From an uncultured Candidatus Saccharibacteria bacterium (GTDB lineage: Bacteria; Patescibacteriota; Minisyncoccia; Phycocordibacterales; XYD1-FULL-46-19), in assembly GCA_964639285.1 (NCBI GenBank), contig CAZXCI010000001.1, positions 142,305-206,304 of the forward strand: DNA of 64,000 nucleotides, given 5' to 3'. Every line of letters starts with the position of its first letter. Position 1 is the stretch's first letter. The translations under genes were made by a program, and so were the position numbers. Shown in pieces: positions 16,128 through 26,798 of the stretch. Below the pieces are notes generated by a model. It did not search any database and was not told the origin of the DNA. It worked only from the letters and a program-made list of their open reading frames with translations.

Positions 16128-17732
16128 ATGAGCAAAAGTTGGTTTATCAAATATCCTTTTGTTGTGTTTCTTTTTGTCGTTTTCTTCTTCCCTCTCTTCT
16201 CCCAAGCTTCCTCTTTCATCTCTACTGGTCTTCCCTGTAATGTCGACATCATCCCCGATGACAGCAATCGTTCCACTCTCGTCTATTGTCCCATCTGTCG
16301 AGACGAAGGCACCACCAAACTTAAATTAAAATGGGAGATAAATGACAGAAGTTTTACCAAACCTTTCTGTCAGGTTTCTTGTTCAAAAAGCGACGGCAAA
16401 AGTTGTGGTCTTTGGCATAGTAAAAACAAAGAGGGGATACTCAGTTCTGTTAACACTGACACCAGACTCAAACCCACCGATACCGTTTATCTAAGCAATG
16501 ACCAGCTTCCTCGTACCAGTACTTATAAATATCGGGTCGTCTGTCTGAGCACAGATGGATGCCCTAGTGGAGGGTGTTTCTCTACCAGCGCCTTGATTAC
16601 GGTATCTCCGGATTGTAGAGTACCGTGTGAAGTGCCGTTTGAGACGATTGCCACTGAGTTAGATGGCGAAGAGTGGAGTCTCAGCCGTTTTTTTAGAATT
16701 ACGATAACAGAAAAAGATCTCGCTAGTTGGGCCAATGACAAAACGGATCAAGATTCGCCTCTTAATATTGGTTCTGGCAATCAAGATGAGATTATCTCTT
16801 ATCTGATACAAACTCAAAATGGCTCCTATTCTCCAAAGAGTTCTTTGGTCAAGAACAAAGAGACTGGGCCAACTTGTCCTGTCGGAAGAAGTGTCTACTT
16901 CAATTCAGAGATTCGATATTTAGACCATCTTGATTCAATATTTTTCTCTCAGAAACTTAAATCTTACGTTAATGATTATGGCTATCCGATACAATTAAAG
17001 GTCAGAAATAAGGACTGGGAAGTCTTTGCTTATGATGAATCTGAAAGTTTAGGTGAAGTGGCACATGCTGTTATTGTTATATTTATGGAGGATCTTACCG
17101 AAGACAATATGGAACCCTATTTTAATTTAAAAATTCTTGATCCGAATGTGCCTGAAGAAATTATCAGTCTCAAAAATTGTAAACCAGCTTATCTCTATAT
17201 CTCTTCGTCAGGGTATGAGACACATGAATTTGGGGGCTTTGGTTGCACTCCCGATAATGATTGGTATGGAGAAACGTTTTATGGAGAAGAAATTTTTGTC
17301 TATTCTAATACTTCATCTTGGGGTTCGGAGCCTAGCCTTACTTGGATTGACAAATACCATGAGTTCAAGACCAGTCTGTGTTATAGTGGGTCAGCTCAAT
17401 TTTATACAGACTTTTGCCAGAGGGGGAGACTGACTGATTGGTTAAAAAATAATTTAACTAAACTCCAAAATCCTAGTGATGGGGGAGGTAATTGTTACGC
17501 TTGGACCATGTTTATGCTAAAGGTCGCTTATTTTGGCGACTTTGTTGGTACTGACTACCATCCCAACGATGGTAAATATGTCGGGGTTGACTGCGATGCT
17601 AACCATTATCCCATTACTAAAAAAACCAGCTTTCTCCCCGCCACACCTTGGGCTCTCTTAAGGTCTGGCGAGGGGAAGGAGGGTTGGATGGCGAACATCC
17701 TTGGACCGTTGGAAAATTTTAAGTTTAGGTAG
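16128..17732 (+). CDS. Cys-rich secreted protein (534 aa), possible C-terminal papain-like thiol-peptidase fold
   Basis: N-terminal signal/TM; more than 20 Cys; GGGNCYAWTMFML motif followed by a downstream His (DCDANHYP). Confidence 0.55.
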   Translation: MSKSWFIKYPFVVFLFVVFFFPLFSQASSFISTGLPCNVDIIPDDSNRSTLVYCPICRDEGTTKLKLKWEINDRSFTKPFCQVSCSKSDGKSCGLWHSKNKEGILSSVNTDTRLKPTDTVYLSNDQLPRTSTYKYRVVCLSTDGCPSGGCFSTSALITVSPDCRVPCEVPFETIATELDGEEWSLSRFFRITITEKDLASWANDKTDQDSPLNIGSGNQDEIISYLIQTQNGSYSPKSSLVKNKETGPTCPVGRSVYFNSEIRYLDHLDSIFFSQKLKSYVNDYGYPIQLKVRNKDWEVFAYDESESLGEVAHAVIVIFMEDLTEDNMEPYFNLKILDPNVPEEIISLKNCKPAYLYISSSGYETHEFGGFGCTPDNDWYGETFYGEEIFVYSNTSSWGSEPSLTWIDKYHEFKTSLCYSGSAQFYTDFCQRGRLTDWLKNNLTKLQNPSDGGGNCYAWTMFMLKVAYFGDFVGTDYHPNDGKYVGVDCDANHYPITKKTSFLPATPWALLRSGEGKEGWMANILGPLENFKFR

Positions 17733-17921
17733 AAAGGGGAAAAGTCGGGTTTAGCTTTTGCTTTCTAGGGTGACTTATGTTATATTTGTGACGCTAGTGT
17801 TCTCCATCGCTTCCATCTTTTAGTAACTTAGTTGACCGGCGTTTGGTCCTAAGAGGCGAGATGACCAAGTGATCGTGAGCCACGGTCGTCAAGCCAATTA
17901 AATTTTAATCTAAGTACGTTA

Positions 17922-18191
17922 ATGAATAATAAGTTGTTTGTCGGTAGCTTGCCTTGGGCGCTTACTGATCAAGAGTTAGGCAATCATTTTGCCTCTGCTG
18001 GTCAAGTTCTCTCGGCTAAGATCATCATCGACAAGGCGTCTGGTCGCTCCAAGGGCTTCGGTTTTGTGGAGATGTCTACGCCGGAGGAAGCGCAAAACGC
18101 TATCTCTACCTTAAATGGTTCTGACCTTGGTGGTCGCTCAATCAGTGTTGATTTTGCTAAGCCAATGGAGCCTCGCGATAATCGCAACTAG
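17922..18191 (+). CDS. RNA-binding protein with RRM domain
   Basis: RNP-2 KLFVGSL and RNP-1 KGFGFVEM. Confidence 0.85.
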   Translation: MNNKLFVGSLPWALTDQELGNHFASAGQVLSAKIIIDKASGRSKGFGFVEMSTPEEAQNAISTLNGSDLGGRSISVDFAKPMEPRDNRN

Positions 18192-18207
18192 GTTCTCTTG
18201 AGAACAA

Positions 18208-18238
18208 AAAAGACCCGACGCCGGGCCTTTTTTGTTTT
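18208..18238 (+). terminator. putative intrinsic terminator after the RRM gene
   Basis: AAAAAAGACCCGACGCCGGGCC + TTTTTTGTTTTTG. Confidence 0.45.
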
Positions 18239-18277
18239 TGTTTGCCTTTTTGCCTTCAATCGTTATACTGTAATAAT

Positions 18278-18832
18278 ATGATAGAAGAAGAGAAAAATCT
18301 TGCCCGACGCTTGTTTATTGCCCTCCCAGTGGAAGGATCTCTGAGGAGTGATGCTCTCACTTGGCAGGCTGACCATGTCGCTTGGCCGGTATCTTGGCTC
18401 TCAGGGGAGAGTTTCCATATTACCGTTGTTGCTCCCTGGCTGGAGACTGATGTTGACTTGATTATTAGGAAATTAGATGAATTCGCTAGTAAACCTCGCA
18501 ACACTTTCTTCATTGATTTTAATAAGGTAGTTTTTGGTCCTAACCGTCAAACGCCTCGACTTGTCTGGGCTGAGGGTAACCCACCTCAATCTCTGCTCAA
18601 ACTTAAAGATGATATCGAGGTAACTCTCAATCGGCCTGACCCCCGTTTCTATCGTTTGCACTTAACTCTAGCTCGCTTCAAAGCGCCAGATTTTGGTCCA
18701 ACTTTGCCGAACCTCTATGACCGAGTAGATTGGGGCGGGGAGATTAAAGGTTTTACCTTGATCGAATCGACCATGACTCCCGACGGTCCCACTTATACCA
18801 AAATCAAAGATTTTTCTTTTGCCGGCTTATAA
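18278..18832 (+). CDS. thpR: RNA 2',3'-cyclic phosphodiesterase (2H phosphoesterase, LigT/ThpR)
   Basis: two H-x-T-x motifs (FHITVV and LHLTLA); the start is probably the internal Met (MIEEEK) rather than 18242. Confidence 0.7.
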   Translation: MIEEEKNLARRLFIALPVEGSLRSDALTWQADHVAWPVSWLSGESFHITVVAPWLETDVDLIIRKLDEFASKPRNTFFIDFNKVVFGPNRQTPRLVWAEGNPPQSLLKLKDDIEVTLNRPDPRFYRLHLTLARFKAPDFGPTLPNLYDRVDWGGEIKGFTLIESTMTPDGPTYTKIKDFSFAGL

Positions 18833-18839
18833 TTAACCT

Positions 18840-19511
18840 ATGACTCTCTATCTCATTGGTACACCAATTGGTAATTTGGGCGACATCACGCCAAGGGCGA
18901 TTGAGATGATGAAGGCGGTGCCGGTTTTGGCCGTGGAGAAATGGACTGACACGGTTAAATTACTAAAACATCTTGAAGTGGGAGAGAAGAAAATCCTAAA
19001 TTATGATGACAAGAATAGTCGAAGGATGACACCGAAGATTTTAGAGATGTTAAAGTCCGAAGATGTCGCCCTTGTTACTTCGGCCGGGATGCCGGGTGTC
19101 TCGGATCCGGGTGCTTACCTGGTGGAGCAAGCGCGGGAAGCGGGGAATGATATTGTCCCGATTCCTGGGCCGTCGGCACTCTCGACGGCGATTGCTGTCT
19201 CGGGCTTTGCTGGCTCATTTTGGTTTGTTGAATTTTTACCTCGAACGCGAGGCAAGATTGTAAAACTCTTGAAGCAGGCCGAAGAACTAGAGACTAATTT
19301 AGTTTGTTTCGAATCAACTCATCGAATTGAGAAAACTCTAAAATTGTTGGAAGAACTTTATCCGACTACTGAGATTTTCTTAGGCAAAGAGATGACCAAG
19401 AAATTCGAGCAATATCTGGTAGGGACAGCTGAAATTTTTCTTCGAAAGATGAAGGAAGATAAACACTTTACTAAGGGTGAATTTACTTTAATTATCCACT
19501 TTGGCAAATAA
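18840..19511 (+). CDS. rsmI: 16S rRNA (cytidine1402-2'-O)-methyltransferase RsmI
   Basis: tetrapyrrole-methylase fold signature LYLIGTPIGNLGDITPRA. Confidence 0.8.
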   Translation: MTLYLIGTPIGNLGDITPRAIEMMKAVPVLAVEKWTDTVKLLKHLEVGEKKILNYDDKNSRRMTPKILEMLKSEDVALVTSAGMPGVSDPGAYLVEQAREAGNDIVPIPGPSALSTAIAVSGFAGSFWFVEFLPRTRGKIVKLLKQAEELETNLVCFESTHRIEKTLKLLEELYPTTEIFLGKEMTKKFEQYLVGTAEIFLRKMKEDKHFTKGEFTLIIHFGK

Positions 19512-19538
19512 GAGTTAATTTGTTAAAATAAACCTATT

Positions 19539-19937
19539 ATGAAGAAAAAAGCATTAATTATTATCGCTGTTCTTATTCTCATTATTATTGTTGGGGGCGT
19601 TTATTATTGGACTATGCCTAAGACCAAGGGAGATGTTTCTTCGGCTGAGGTTGAAGCCGTGCTCTCTAAGCTTGGAGCTCACATGATCCTCCCGTCCGGG
19701 GAAGTTCCTCAGGTTGGCCGAATTGATGATCCCGTTGGTGCTGCTAAGGCTCAACCTTTTGTCTCGGGGTCGGTTGAGGGAGACCTTCTTATTATTTATG
19801 CTAAAGCGGCTAAAGCTATTGTCTACAGTCCAAGTCGAGATATAATTGTTAATGTTGGCCCGGTTTCTATGAACCCTGAGGCTTCTTCTGATCCGGCTGA
19901 AGTTTCGGCAACCTCGACAGAAGAGGGCTCCAACTAG
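19539..19937 (+). CDS. hypothetical membrane-anchored protein (132 aa)
   Basis: N-terminal TM; no family recognised. Confidence 0.45.
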   Translation: MKKKALIIIAVLILIIIVGGVYYWTMPKTKGDVSSAEVEAVLSKLGAHMILPSGEVPQVGRIDDPVGAAKAQPFVSGSVEGDLLIIYAKAAKAIVYSPSRDIIVNVGPVSMNPEASSDPAEVSATSTEEGSN

Positions 19938-19980
19938 AGGGGTCCCTTGCTAAGTTGTGGGTTGAGAAAAGCTTTGTTTT

Positions 19981-20667
19981 GTGTTAAAGTCTTCAAATAT
20001 GAAGCCTCGCTATTTGATTTTAATTCTCATCATTGTTTTCTTCGCTGAGTCCTTTTTGGTTGTGCCTGAAGTTTGGGGTCCAGGAAAGCGATTTTTGGCG
20101 GCGGTCTTGCCGGCCCTAATTGTGGATTATACAAATATCGACCGAAGAGCTGACCAGAAGGGGCCTCTCAATGTCAATCCTCTGCTAACAAAAGCGGCCG
20201 AGCTTAAGGCTCTCGATATGGCCACACGGTCTTATTTTTCCCACCAAGGTCCTAAGGGCGAGACCCCCTGGAGTTGGTTTGATAAAGTTGGCTATAAGTA
20301 TGTCTATGCCGGAGAAAACCTCGCCCTCAATTTTTATGAGTCAAGTGAGGTCAATCAGGCCTGGATGAATTCGCCGAAGCATCGGGAAAATATTTTGGAT
20401 AAAAATTTCACAGATATCGGGATCGGTATGGCCCTGGGCAAATTTGAGGGTCGGGATAGCGTTTTCATTGTTCAATTTTTTGGCAGTACCCAGGAGTCAT
20501 TAACGAAACAGGCAAAAATGTCTCAAACTTTACCTCGTTTCAAACATACCAGTCTTGTCTCGGCCGCGGTTGGTTTATCTGACGGCGTCTTAATTAAGTT
20601 GAGATCAATCTCTTTGCCAGTTATTCACTTTTTTGGTTACCCGACAATTAACGGTCAAATTATTTAA
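19981..20667 (+). CDS. CAP/SCP/PR-1 domain protein (YkwD-like), membrane anchored
   Basis: ALDMATRSYFSHQGPKGETPWSWF...GENLALNF...WMNSPKHRENIL pattern of the CAP superfamily. Confidence 0.7.
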   Translation: MLKSSNMKPRYLILILIIVFFAESFLVVPEVWGPGKRFLAAVLPALIVDYTNIDRRADQKGPLNVNPLLTKAAELKALDMATRSYFSHQGPKGETPWSWFDKVGYKYVYAGENLALNFYESSEVNQAWMNSPKHRENILDKNFTDIGIGMALGKFEGRDSVFIVQFFGSTQESLTKQAKMSQTLPRFKHTSLVSAAVGLSDGVLIKLRSISLPVIHFFGYPTINGQII

Positions 20668-20670
20668 GTT

Positions 20671-21744
20671 ATGCTTCTTCGTTTTGGTCGACGAGCGAGT
20701 AAGATTGGGGTTTATCTTTTTGCTTTCATCGGCTTCGTTTTAGTTGTTGGTTGGTTTGGGCTTCGCTTTGGTCTGACGAAGACGGCGGGTAGGGTCGATT
20801 TTAATGACCGTTATTTTAAAGATGTTGCTGAACAGATTCGTCTTGTCGATCTCTCGGCTCCTTCAGCTAAGACGATTTTTTCTAATAACTGTCAGTTACT
20901 GGTGATTAATCGCCTTAACGCTCCGTTAGGGAGGAGCCTTCTAAACGTTTATAATGCGAGTCGTTCTGAGAAAGTTTTGGCCAAAGCCCTCTTAGCTTCG
21001 GATATTTTTCTAAAAGATAATCCTGCCTACAAAAATGGGCTTAAGTCTTGCAACGAGTTCTCTAGTAGCCTGGGCGGGGGGTCTTCTTCTGATCACTCTT
21101 ATTCTTGGCTCTCGACACCCGATTGGCAAGTCTTGAGGGTGGCTATTGCCAAGGACAAAGATCACATCAATAAGGCGGCAAAGGTCTCGGGGATTAACCC
21201 GCGATTGATCGTAGGGGTGTTGGTAGGGGAACAATTACGTCTTTATAATTCTGAGAGAGAAGTTTATAAACAAATTTTTCAACCATTAAAAATTCTTGGG
21301 GTTCAGAGTCAATTCTCCTGGGGGGTGACGGGTCTTAAGGAAGAGACAGCGGTTCAGATTGAGGATAATTTACGGGACAGGAAGTCTCCTTTTTATCTTG
21401 GTCAAGAGAAAGAAAATCTTCTCGATTTTAACACTGACAACCCTTCATCTGAGCGCTTTATGAGACTAACTGATAGTCACAATCATTATTATTCCTACCT
21501 CTATACTGGACTTTACCTCAAGCAACTTATTACCGAATGGCAAAAAGCCGGTTATAATATAGAAAACCGCCCGGAGATTTTGGCCACTCTCTTTAATCTC
21601 GGTTTTGCTAAGTCGAACCCTAAGCCCGACCCTAAGGTTGGTGGCGCCGAAATTGAGATTGGAGGTGAAGTTTATAGTTTTGGGAGCCTGGCTTATCAGT
21701 TCTATTATTCGGGAGAGTTAATCGAAGAATTTAATTGGCAATAA
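20671..21744 (+). CDS. hypothetical membrane-anchored protein (357 aa)
   Basis: N-terminal TM; no family recognised. Confidence 0.45.
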   Translation: MLLRFGRRASKIGVYLFAFIGFVLVVGWFGLRFGLTKTAGRVDFNDRYFKDVAEQIRLVDLSAPSAKTIFSNNCQLLVINRLNAPLGRSLLNVYNASRSEKVLAKALLASDIFLKDNPAYKNGLKSCNEFSSSLGGGSSSDHSYSWLSTPDWQVLRVAIAKDKDHINKAAKVSGINPRLIVGVLVGEQLRLYNSEREVYKQIFQPLKILGVQSQFSWGVTGLKEETAVQIEDNLRDRKSPFYLGQEKENLLDFNTDNPSSERFMRLTDSHNHYYSYLYTGLYLKQLITEWQKAGYNIENRPEILATLFNLGFAKSNPKPDPKVGGAEIEIGGEVYSFGSLAYQFYYSGELIEEFNWQ

Positions 21745-21753
21745 AATAATAAT

Positions 21754-22263
21754 ATGGTTTTAACTCCTCATGCTGTCGTCGGTGCTGCTCTTGCTTCAGC
21801 CTTTGGGCTTGGTCCTGGGGGCGCTCTGGTTGCCGGTTTTGTCAGCCACTTCTTGTTGGATAGTCTTCCGCACTGGGATTACAAATTAAGTTCGGCAAAT
21901 ATCGACGAGGAGAATCCTTTTAATGACGATATCCCCATAAGTCGAAAATCTCTCCGCGATTGGGCGAAGATTGGTTTGGACTTGGCTCTTGGGCTAGGCC
22001 TTATCTTCCTCTTCTTTTCTCTGAACGGGCAAGGTGTCAGAGTTGTCAGTCTGTTGGCAGGGGCGCTAGGCGGTCTTTTGCCCGATGGATTGCAGATTCT
22101 CTTTATGAAATTACGTCGCGAACCACTAAAAACTTTTTTTCGTTTTCATCTTTTTATGCACTCACCTCGACGGATTAGAGACACTCTTTGGGGCCCTTTT
22201 TGGCAAGGGATAATTCTTCTGCTCGCACTTATACTCGGGAATTGGAGCTTCTTTATTTGGTAA
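21754..22263 (+). CDS. membrane-bound metal-dependent hydrolase-like protein (YdjM/DUF457-like)
   Basis: multi-TM protein with a SHFLLDSLPHWD motif. Confidence 0.45.
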   Translation: MVLTPHAVVGAALASAFGLGPGGALVAGFVSHFLLDSLPHWDYKLSSANIDEENPFNDDIPISRKSLRDWAKIGLDLALGLGLIFLFFSLNGQGVRVVSLLAGALGGLLPDGLQILFMKLRREPLKTFFRFHLFMHSPRRIRDTLWGPFWQGIILLLALILGNWSFFIW

Positions 22264-22825
22264 TAAAGGTATCTACTTTACCTATAAGACCAGTAGCGTC
22301 ACCTTCGATTCCGGTAACCTCACCTTCTAAGCCGGAGACTTCACCGGTAATACTAGTGACATTGCCGCGTATTCTAGATGTATCGCCAATTAGGTTTGTC
22401 ACGTTGCCAGAGATCTCAGTGACGTCACCTTGGATACTTGAGACATCGCCAATTAGGTCGCTAACATTTCCTTTGATCTTGCTAACATCACCACGGATAT
22501 TGGAGACATCACCACGGATATTGGAGATATCACCATAGAGTCCAGAAATGTCTCCGCTGACATTTGTTGTGTCTCCTGTGAGGTGGGTAACGTTGCCACG
22601 GATATTGGAGACATCACCACGGATATCACTGACTGTTCCAAAAATGCCACTAATGTTCCCGCTGATATGGCTTGGGTTGCCGATAATCTGGTGGAGAGTG
22701 ACATCGCCATAGATCTTAGATACGTCACCGCGGAGCTTGGAGAAATCTCCCCAGATAGCCTCGTGAACATTCTCGACATTATCGGTATTCTCTTTAATTT
22801 TTGGATTAACTCTTTGTAGGGCCAT
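22253..22825 (-). CDS. tandem heptapeptide-repeat protein (about 20 repeats of G-[DN]-[VIT]-[ST]-x-[IL]-x)
   Basis: translation shows consecutive GDVSNIR/GDVSKIK/GNVSDLI/GDVSSIQ... units; the DNA has the matching 21-bp periodicity. Confidence 0.6.
   Translation of the reverse strand: MALQRVNPKIKENTDNVENVHEAIWGDFSKLRGDVSKIYGDVTLHQIIGNPSHISGNISGIFGTVSDIRGDVSNIRGNVTHLTGDTTNVSGDISGLYGDISNIRGDVSNIRGDVSKIKGNVSDLIGDVSSIQGDVTEISGNVTNLIGDTSRIRGNVTSITGEVSGLEGEVTGIEGDATGLIGKVDTFITK
22290..22760. repeat. imperfect 21-bp tandem repeats (coding; encode the heptapeptide repeats)
   Basis: visible periodicity in the sequence, e.g. repeated GATATTGGAGACATCACCACG units. Confidence 0.6.
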
Positions 22826-22851
22826 GATTATAATGATATTATCTAGTAATT

Positions 22852-23625
22852 ATGACCATTATAGCATCAATTATCCTAGGAATAGTAGAGGGGGTGACTG
22901 AGTTCCTACCTATTTCATCCACCGGACACCTGACTTTAACAGTTGACCTTTTGGGTATTGCTCAGACGGAATTTGTGAAGAGTTTTGAAGTGATCATCCA
23001 GCTGGGGGCAATTTTGGCTGTTGTTGCTCTCTATTGGCAGAAACTTTTGACCAACACTGCTGTCCTTAAACGAGTTATCGTTGCCTTTTTGCCGACAGCG
23101 ATCTTGGGTTTGACCTTCTATAAAGTGATCAAGACTTATCTCTTGGGCAATAGCCTTGTTGTTCTTATCTCCTTGTTTGTTGGCGGTTTAATTTTGATTC
23201 TCTTTGAACTTTTCTACCAAGAGAAGGACGATGACAAAGTTGACCTCGAACAAATATCTTATCCACAGGCCATTGCCCTTGGCCTTTGTCAGTCAATAGC
23301 CATGATCCCCGGTGTTTCTCGTTCGGCGGCAACGATTGTTGGGGGCTTGGCTTTGAGGATTAGACGAGAGACTATTGTTGAATTTTCTTTTTTGTTGGCG
23401 GTACCGACCATGGCAGCGGCGACCGGTTTAGACATCCTTAAGAGCTCTTTTGGTTTTTCTGCGGGGGAGTGGGGCTTGCTGACTTTGGGCTTCTTTGTTT
23501 CTTTTCTTTCTGCTCTGTTGGCTATTAAATCATTCTTAAATTATGTCCGCCATCACGATTTTATTGCCTTTGGCCTCTACCGAATTGTTATTGCCCTCGT
23601 TTTTCTCTCTATTTTCTTTGTGTGA
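22852..23625 (+). CDS. uppP: undecaprenyl-diphosphatase
   Basis: N-terminal signature GVTEFLPISSTGHL and a multi-TM profile. Confidence 0.9.
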   Translation: MTIIASIILGIVEGVTEFLPISSTGHLTLTVDLLGIAQTEFVKSFEVIIQLGAILAVVALYWQKLLTNTAVLKRVIVAFLPTAILGLTFYKVIKTYLLGNSLVVLISLFVGGLILILFELFYQEKDDDKVDLEQISYPQAIALGLCQSIAMIPGVSRSAATIVGGLALRIRRETIVEFSFLLAVPTMAAATGLDILKSSFGFSAGEWGLLTLGFFVSFLSALLAIKSFLNYVRHHDFIAFGLYRIVIALVFLSIFFV

Positions 23626-23638
23626 TAGAATATAAACT

Positions 23639-24385
23639 ATGTATAAGATTGTCTTGCTTCGCCATGGTGAAAGTGTCTGGAATAAGGAAAATCGTTTTAC
23701 CGGCTGGGTTGATGTTGACCTTTCCGAATTAGGCGAAAAAGAGGCCCATGAGGCGGGGAAAATACTAAAAGAGAAGGGTTTTCGTTTTGACCTAGCCTTT
23801 TCCTCTTTTCTTAAAAGAGCAAATAAGACTCTTGATATCGTCTTGTTAGAGATGGGAGAGGAGGGGATAGAAATTAAAAAATCATGGAAATTGAATGAGC
23901 GACATTACGGCGCCCTGCAGGGTCTCAGTAAGTCAGAGACGGCGGCTAAGTATGGCGAAGAACAAGTACAAGCCTGGCGCCGGGGTTATGATGTCGCTAT
24001 CCCGCCACTCACTAAAGATGATGGAATGTATCCAGGTAGAGATCCGCTCTATGCTGACTTAAGTGAAGTCGAAATTCCTCGGTCAGAGAATTTGAAAGAT
24101 GTGGTTGCACGAGTTGTTCCATATTGGCAAGAAGAGATCTTGCCAGAGATAAAAAAGGGCCGACAAATTATTGTCTCAGCTTCGGGTAATAGTCTGCGCG
24201 CTTTAATAAAATATTTAGATAATATTTCTGACGAAGAGATTGTTGAATTAAATATTCCAACGGGAATTCCTTTGGTTTATGAGTTAGACGAGAATCTTGA
24301 GCCTACCAAGCATTATTTCCTCGCTGATGAAGCGATCCTTCAATCGGCCTTGTCCAAAGTCGCCAACCAAGGCAAAAAAAGCTGA
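23639..24385 (+). CDS. gpmA: 2,3-bisphosphoglycerate-dependent phosphoglycerate mutase
   Basis: [23 protein letters not shown] with the catalytic RHG motif. Confidence 0.9.
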   Translation: MYKIVLLRHGESVWNKENRFTGWVDVDLSELGEKEAHEAGKILKEKGFRFDLAFSSFLKRANKTLDIVLLEMGEEGIEIKKSWKLNERHYGALQGLSKSETAAKYGEEQVQAWRRGYDVAIPPLTKDDGMYPGRDPLYADLSEVEIPRSENLKDVVARVVPYWQEEILPEIKKGRQIIVSASGNSLRALIKYLDNISDEEIVELNIPTGIPLVYELDENLEPTKHYFLADEAILQSALSKVANQGKKS

Positions 24386-24410
24386 TCCCTACAAAATTGT
24401 GGATTAAATA

Positions 24411-24445
24411 CTCAAAAACCCTTATTGTGCGATATCCAATCTCGC
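24411..24445. terminator. bidirectional terminator hairpin between convergent gpmA and eno
   Basis: CCCTTATTGTGCGA-TATCCAATC-TCGCACAAGGG; its first 20 nt (CAAAAACCCTTATTGTGCGA) recur at 44382..44401. Confidence 0.55.
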
Positions 24446-24469
24446 ACAAGGGAAAATGAGTTTAGAGGT

Positions 24470-25780
<1,311 letters not shown>

Positions 25781-25838
25781 TTAACTGATTTGCTGAATAA
25801 GAACAAATAAGCTACAATTAAGGGGTTAGAGTTCTAAA

Positions 25839-26702
25839 ATGCTTGATCTTGCTCACTTAATTTCAATTAGGGAAATTTTTGACCTTCTGTTTGTCGCTGG
25901 GGGAATTTATTTTATCCTCTTCTTTATTAAGCAATCACGGTCTTATGTCTTGGCTTACTCGGTTGGGACACTAACCTTCTTTGTTTTTTTAATTCAGTTT
26001 TTTAAACTAAATTTGGCCCAGCAACTTCTTCAGATTCTCGGACCTCTTATCTTGTTTATTTTTGTTGTTGTTTTTCAGCGAGAATTAAGGCAATTTTTTG
26101 ATTGGATTTTTGTTTCAACTCGTCGTCTTACTTTTACTAATCGGCATATTTTGTCTGAAGATTCCTCCTTTGTCATTACGAAGACAATTCAGGAGTTGGC
26201 CGAAAAAAAGATCGGAGCTCTAGTCGTCTTTCCTGGAGAACTTCCTCTCGAGGGAGTAGTGGAGGGGGGGTTTGTTCTCGATGGTCGGATTTCTGGGCCA
26301 CTTGTTCTTTCTCTCTTTGATCAATCTAGCCCCGGTCATGACGGAGCCATGATTATTGATAATAATCGGATTAAGAAATTTGGAGCACACCTACCTTTGG
26401 CAGAAAATTATTCTAGTTTTCAAAAAACAGGGACAAGACACCGAGCCGCAGCTGGAGTGACAGAGAAGTCAGACTCGTTGGCAGTTGTTGTCTCCGAAGA
26501 AAGAGGAGAAATTTCTATCGCTGAACATGGAAAATTAGAAAAAATCGTTGAGCTTCACGTCTTAGAAGACCGGATTAGCAAATTTATTAGTCAGACTAAG
26601 AAACAAGAATTAAGTTTTTTCTGGCAAGTGTTCTTAATTCAAAATTTAAGACTAAAGGTTTTGGCCCTAGTCTTAGCCGTTGTTCTTTGGCAGATTGTTT
26701 GA
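25839..26702 (+). CDS. cdaA: diadenylate cyclase (c-di-AMP synthase), membrane-anchored CdaA type
   Basis: three N-terminal TM helices plus a DAC domain with GALVV, DGAMII and GTRHRAA motifs. Confidence 0.8.
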   Translation: MLDLAHLISIREIFDLLFVAGGIYFILFFIKQSRSYVLAYSVGTLTFFVFLIQFFKLNLAQQLLQILGPLILFIFVVVFQRELRQFFDWIFVSTRRLTFTNRHILSEDSSFVITKTIQELAEKKIGALVVFPGELPLEGVVEGGFVLDGRISGPLVLSLFDQSSPGHDGAMIIDNNRIKKFGAHLPLAENYSSFQKTGTRHRAAAGVTEKSDSLAVVVSEERGEISIAEHGKLEKIVELHVLEDRISKFISQTKKQELSFFWQVFLIQNLRLKVLALVLAVVLWQIV

Positions 26703-26798
26703 ATCGTTCCTTAAGACCCATTTGGTAATTTGTTACATATGCTATAATAGAGTTATAAAAGGCTCTCATTATCAGCTTAGCTTTTAACTAAAACTATT

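Noticed and set aside
22290-22760. CRISPR array
   Set aside because: The 21-bp periodic repeats are imperfect, contiguous with no spacers, and lie in-frame inside an ORF encoding heptapeptide repeats. No cas genes are present. I saw no other repeat-spacer architecture in the window.
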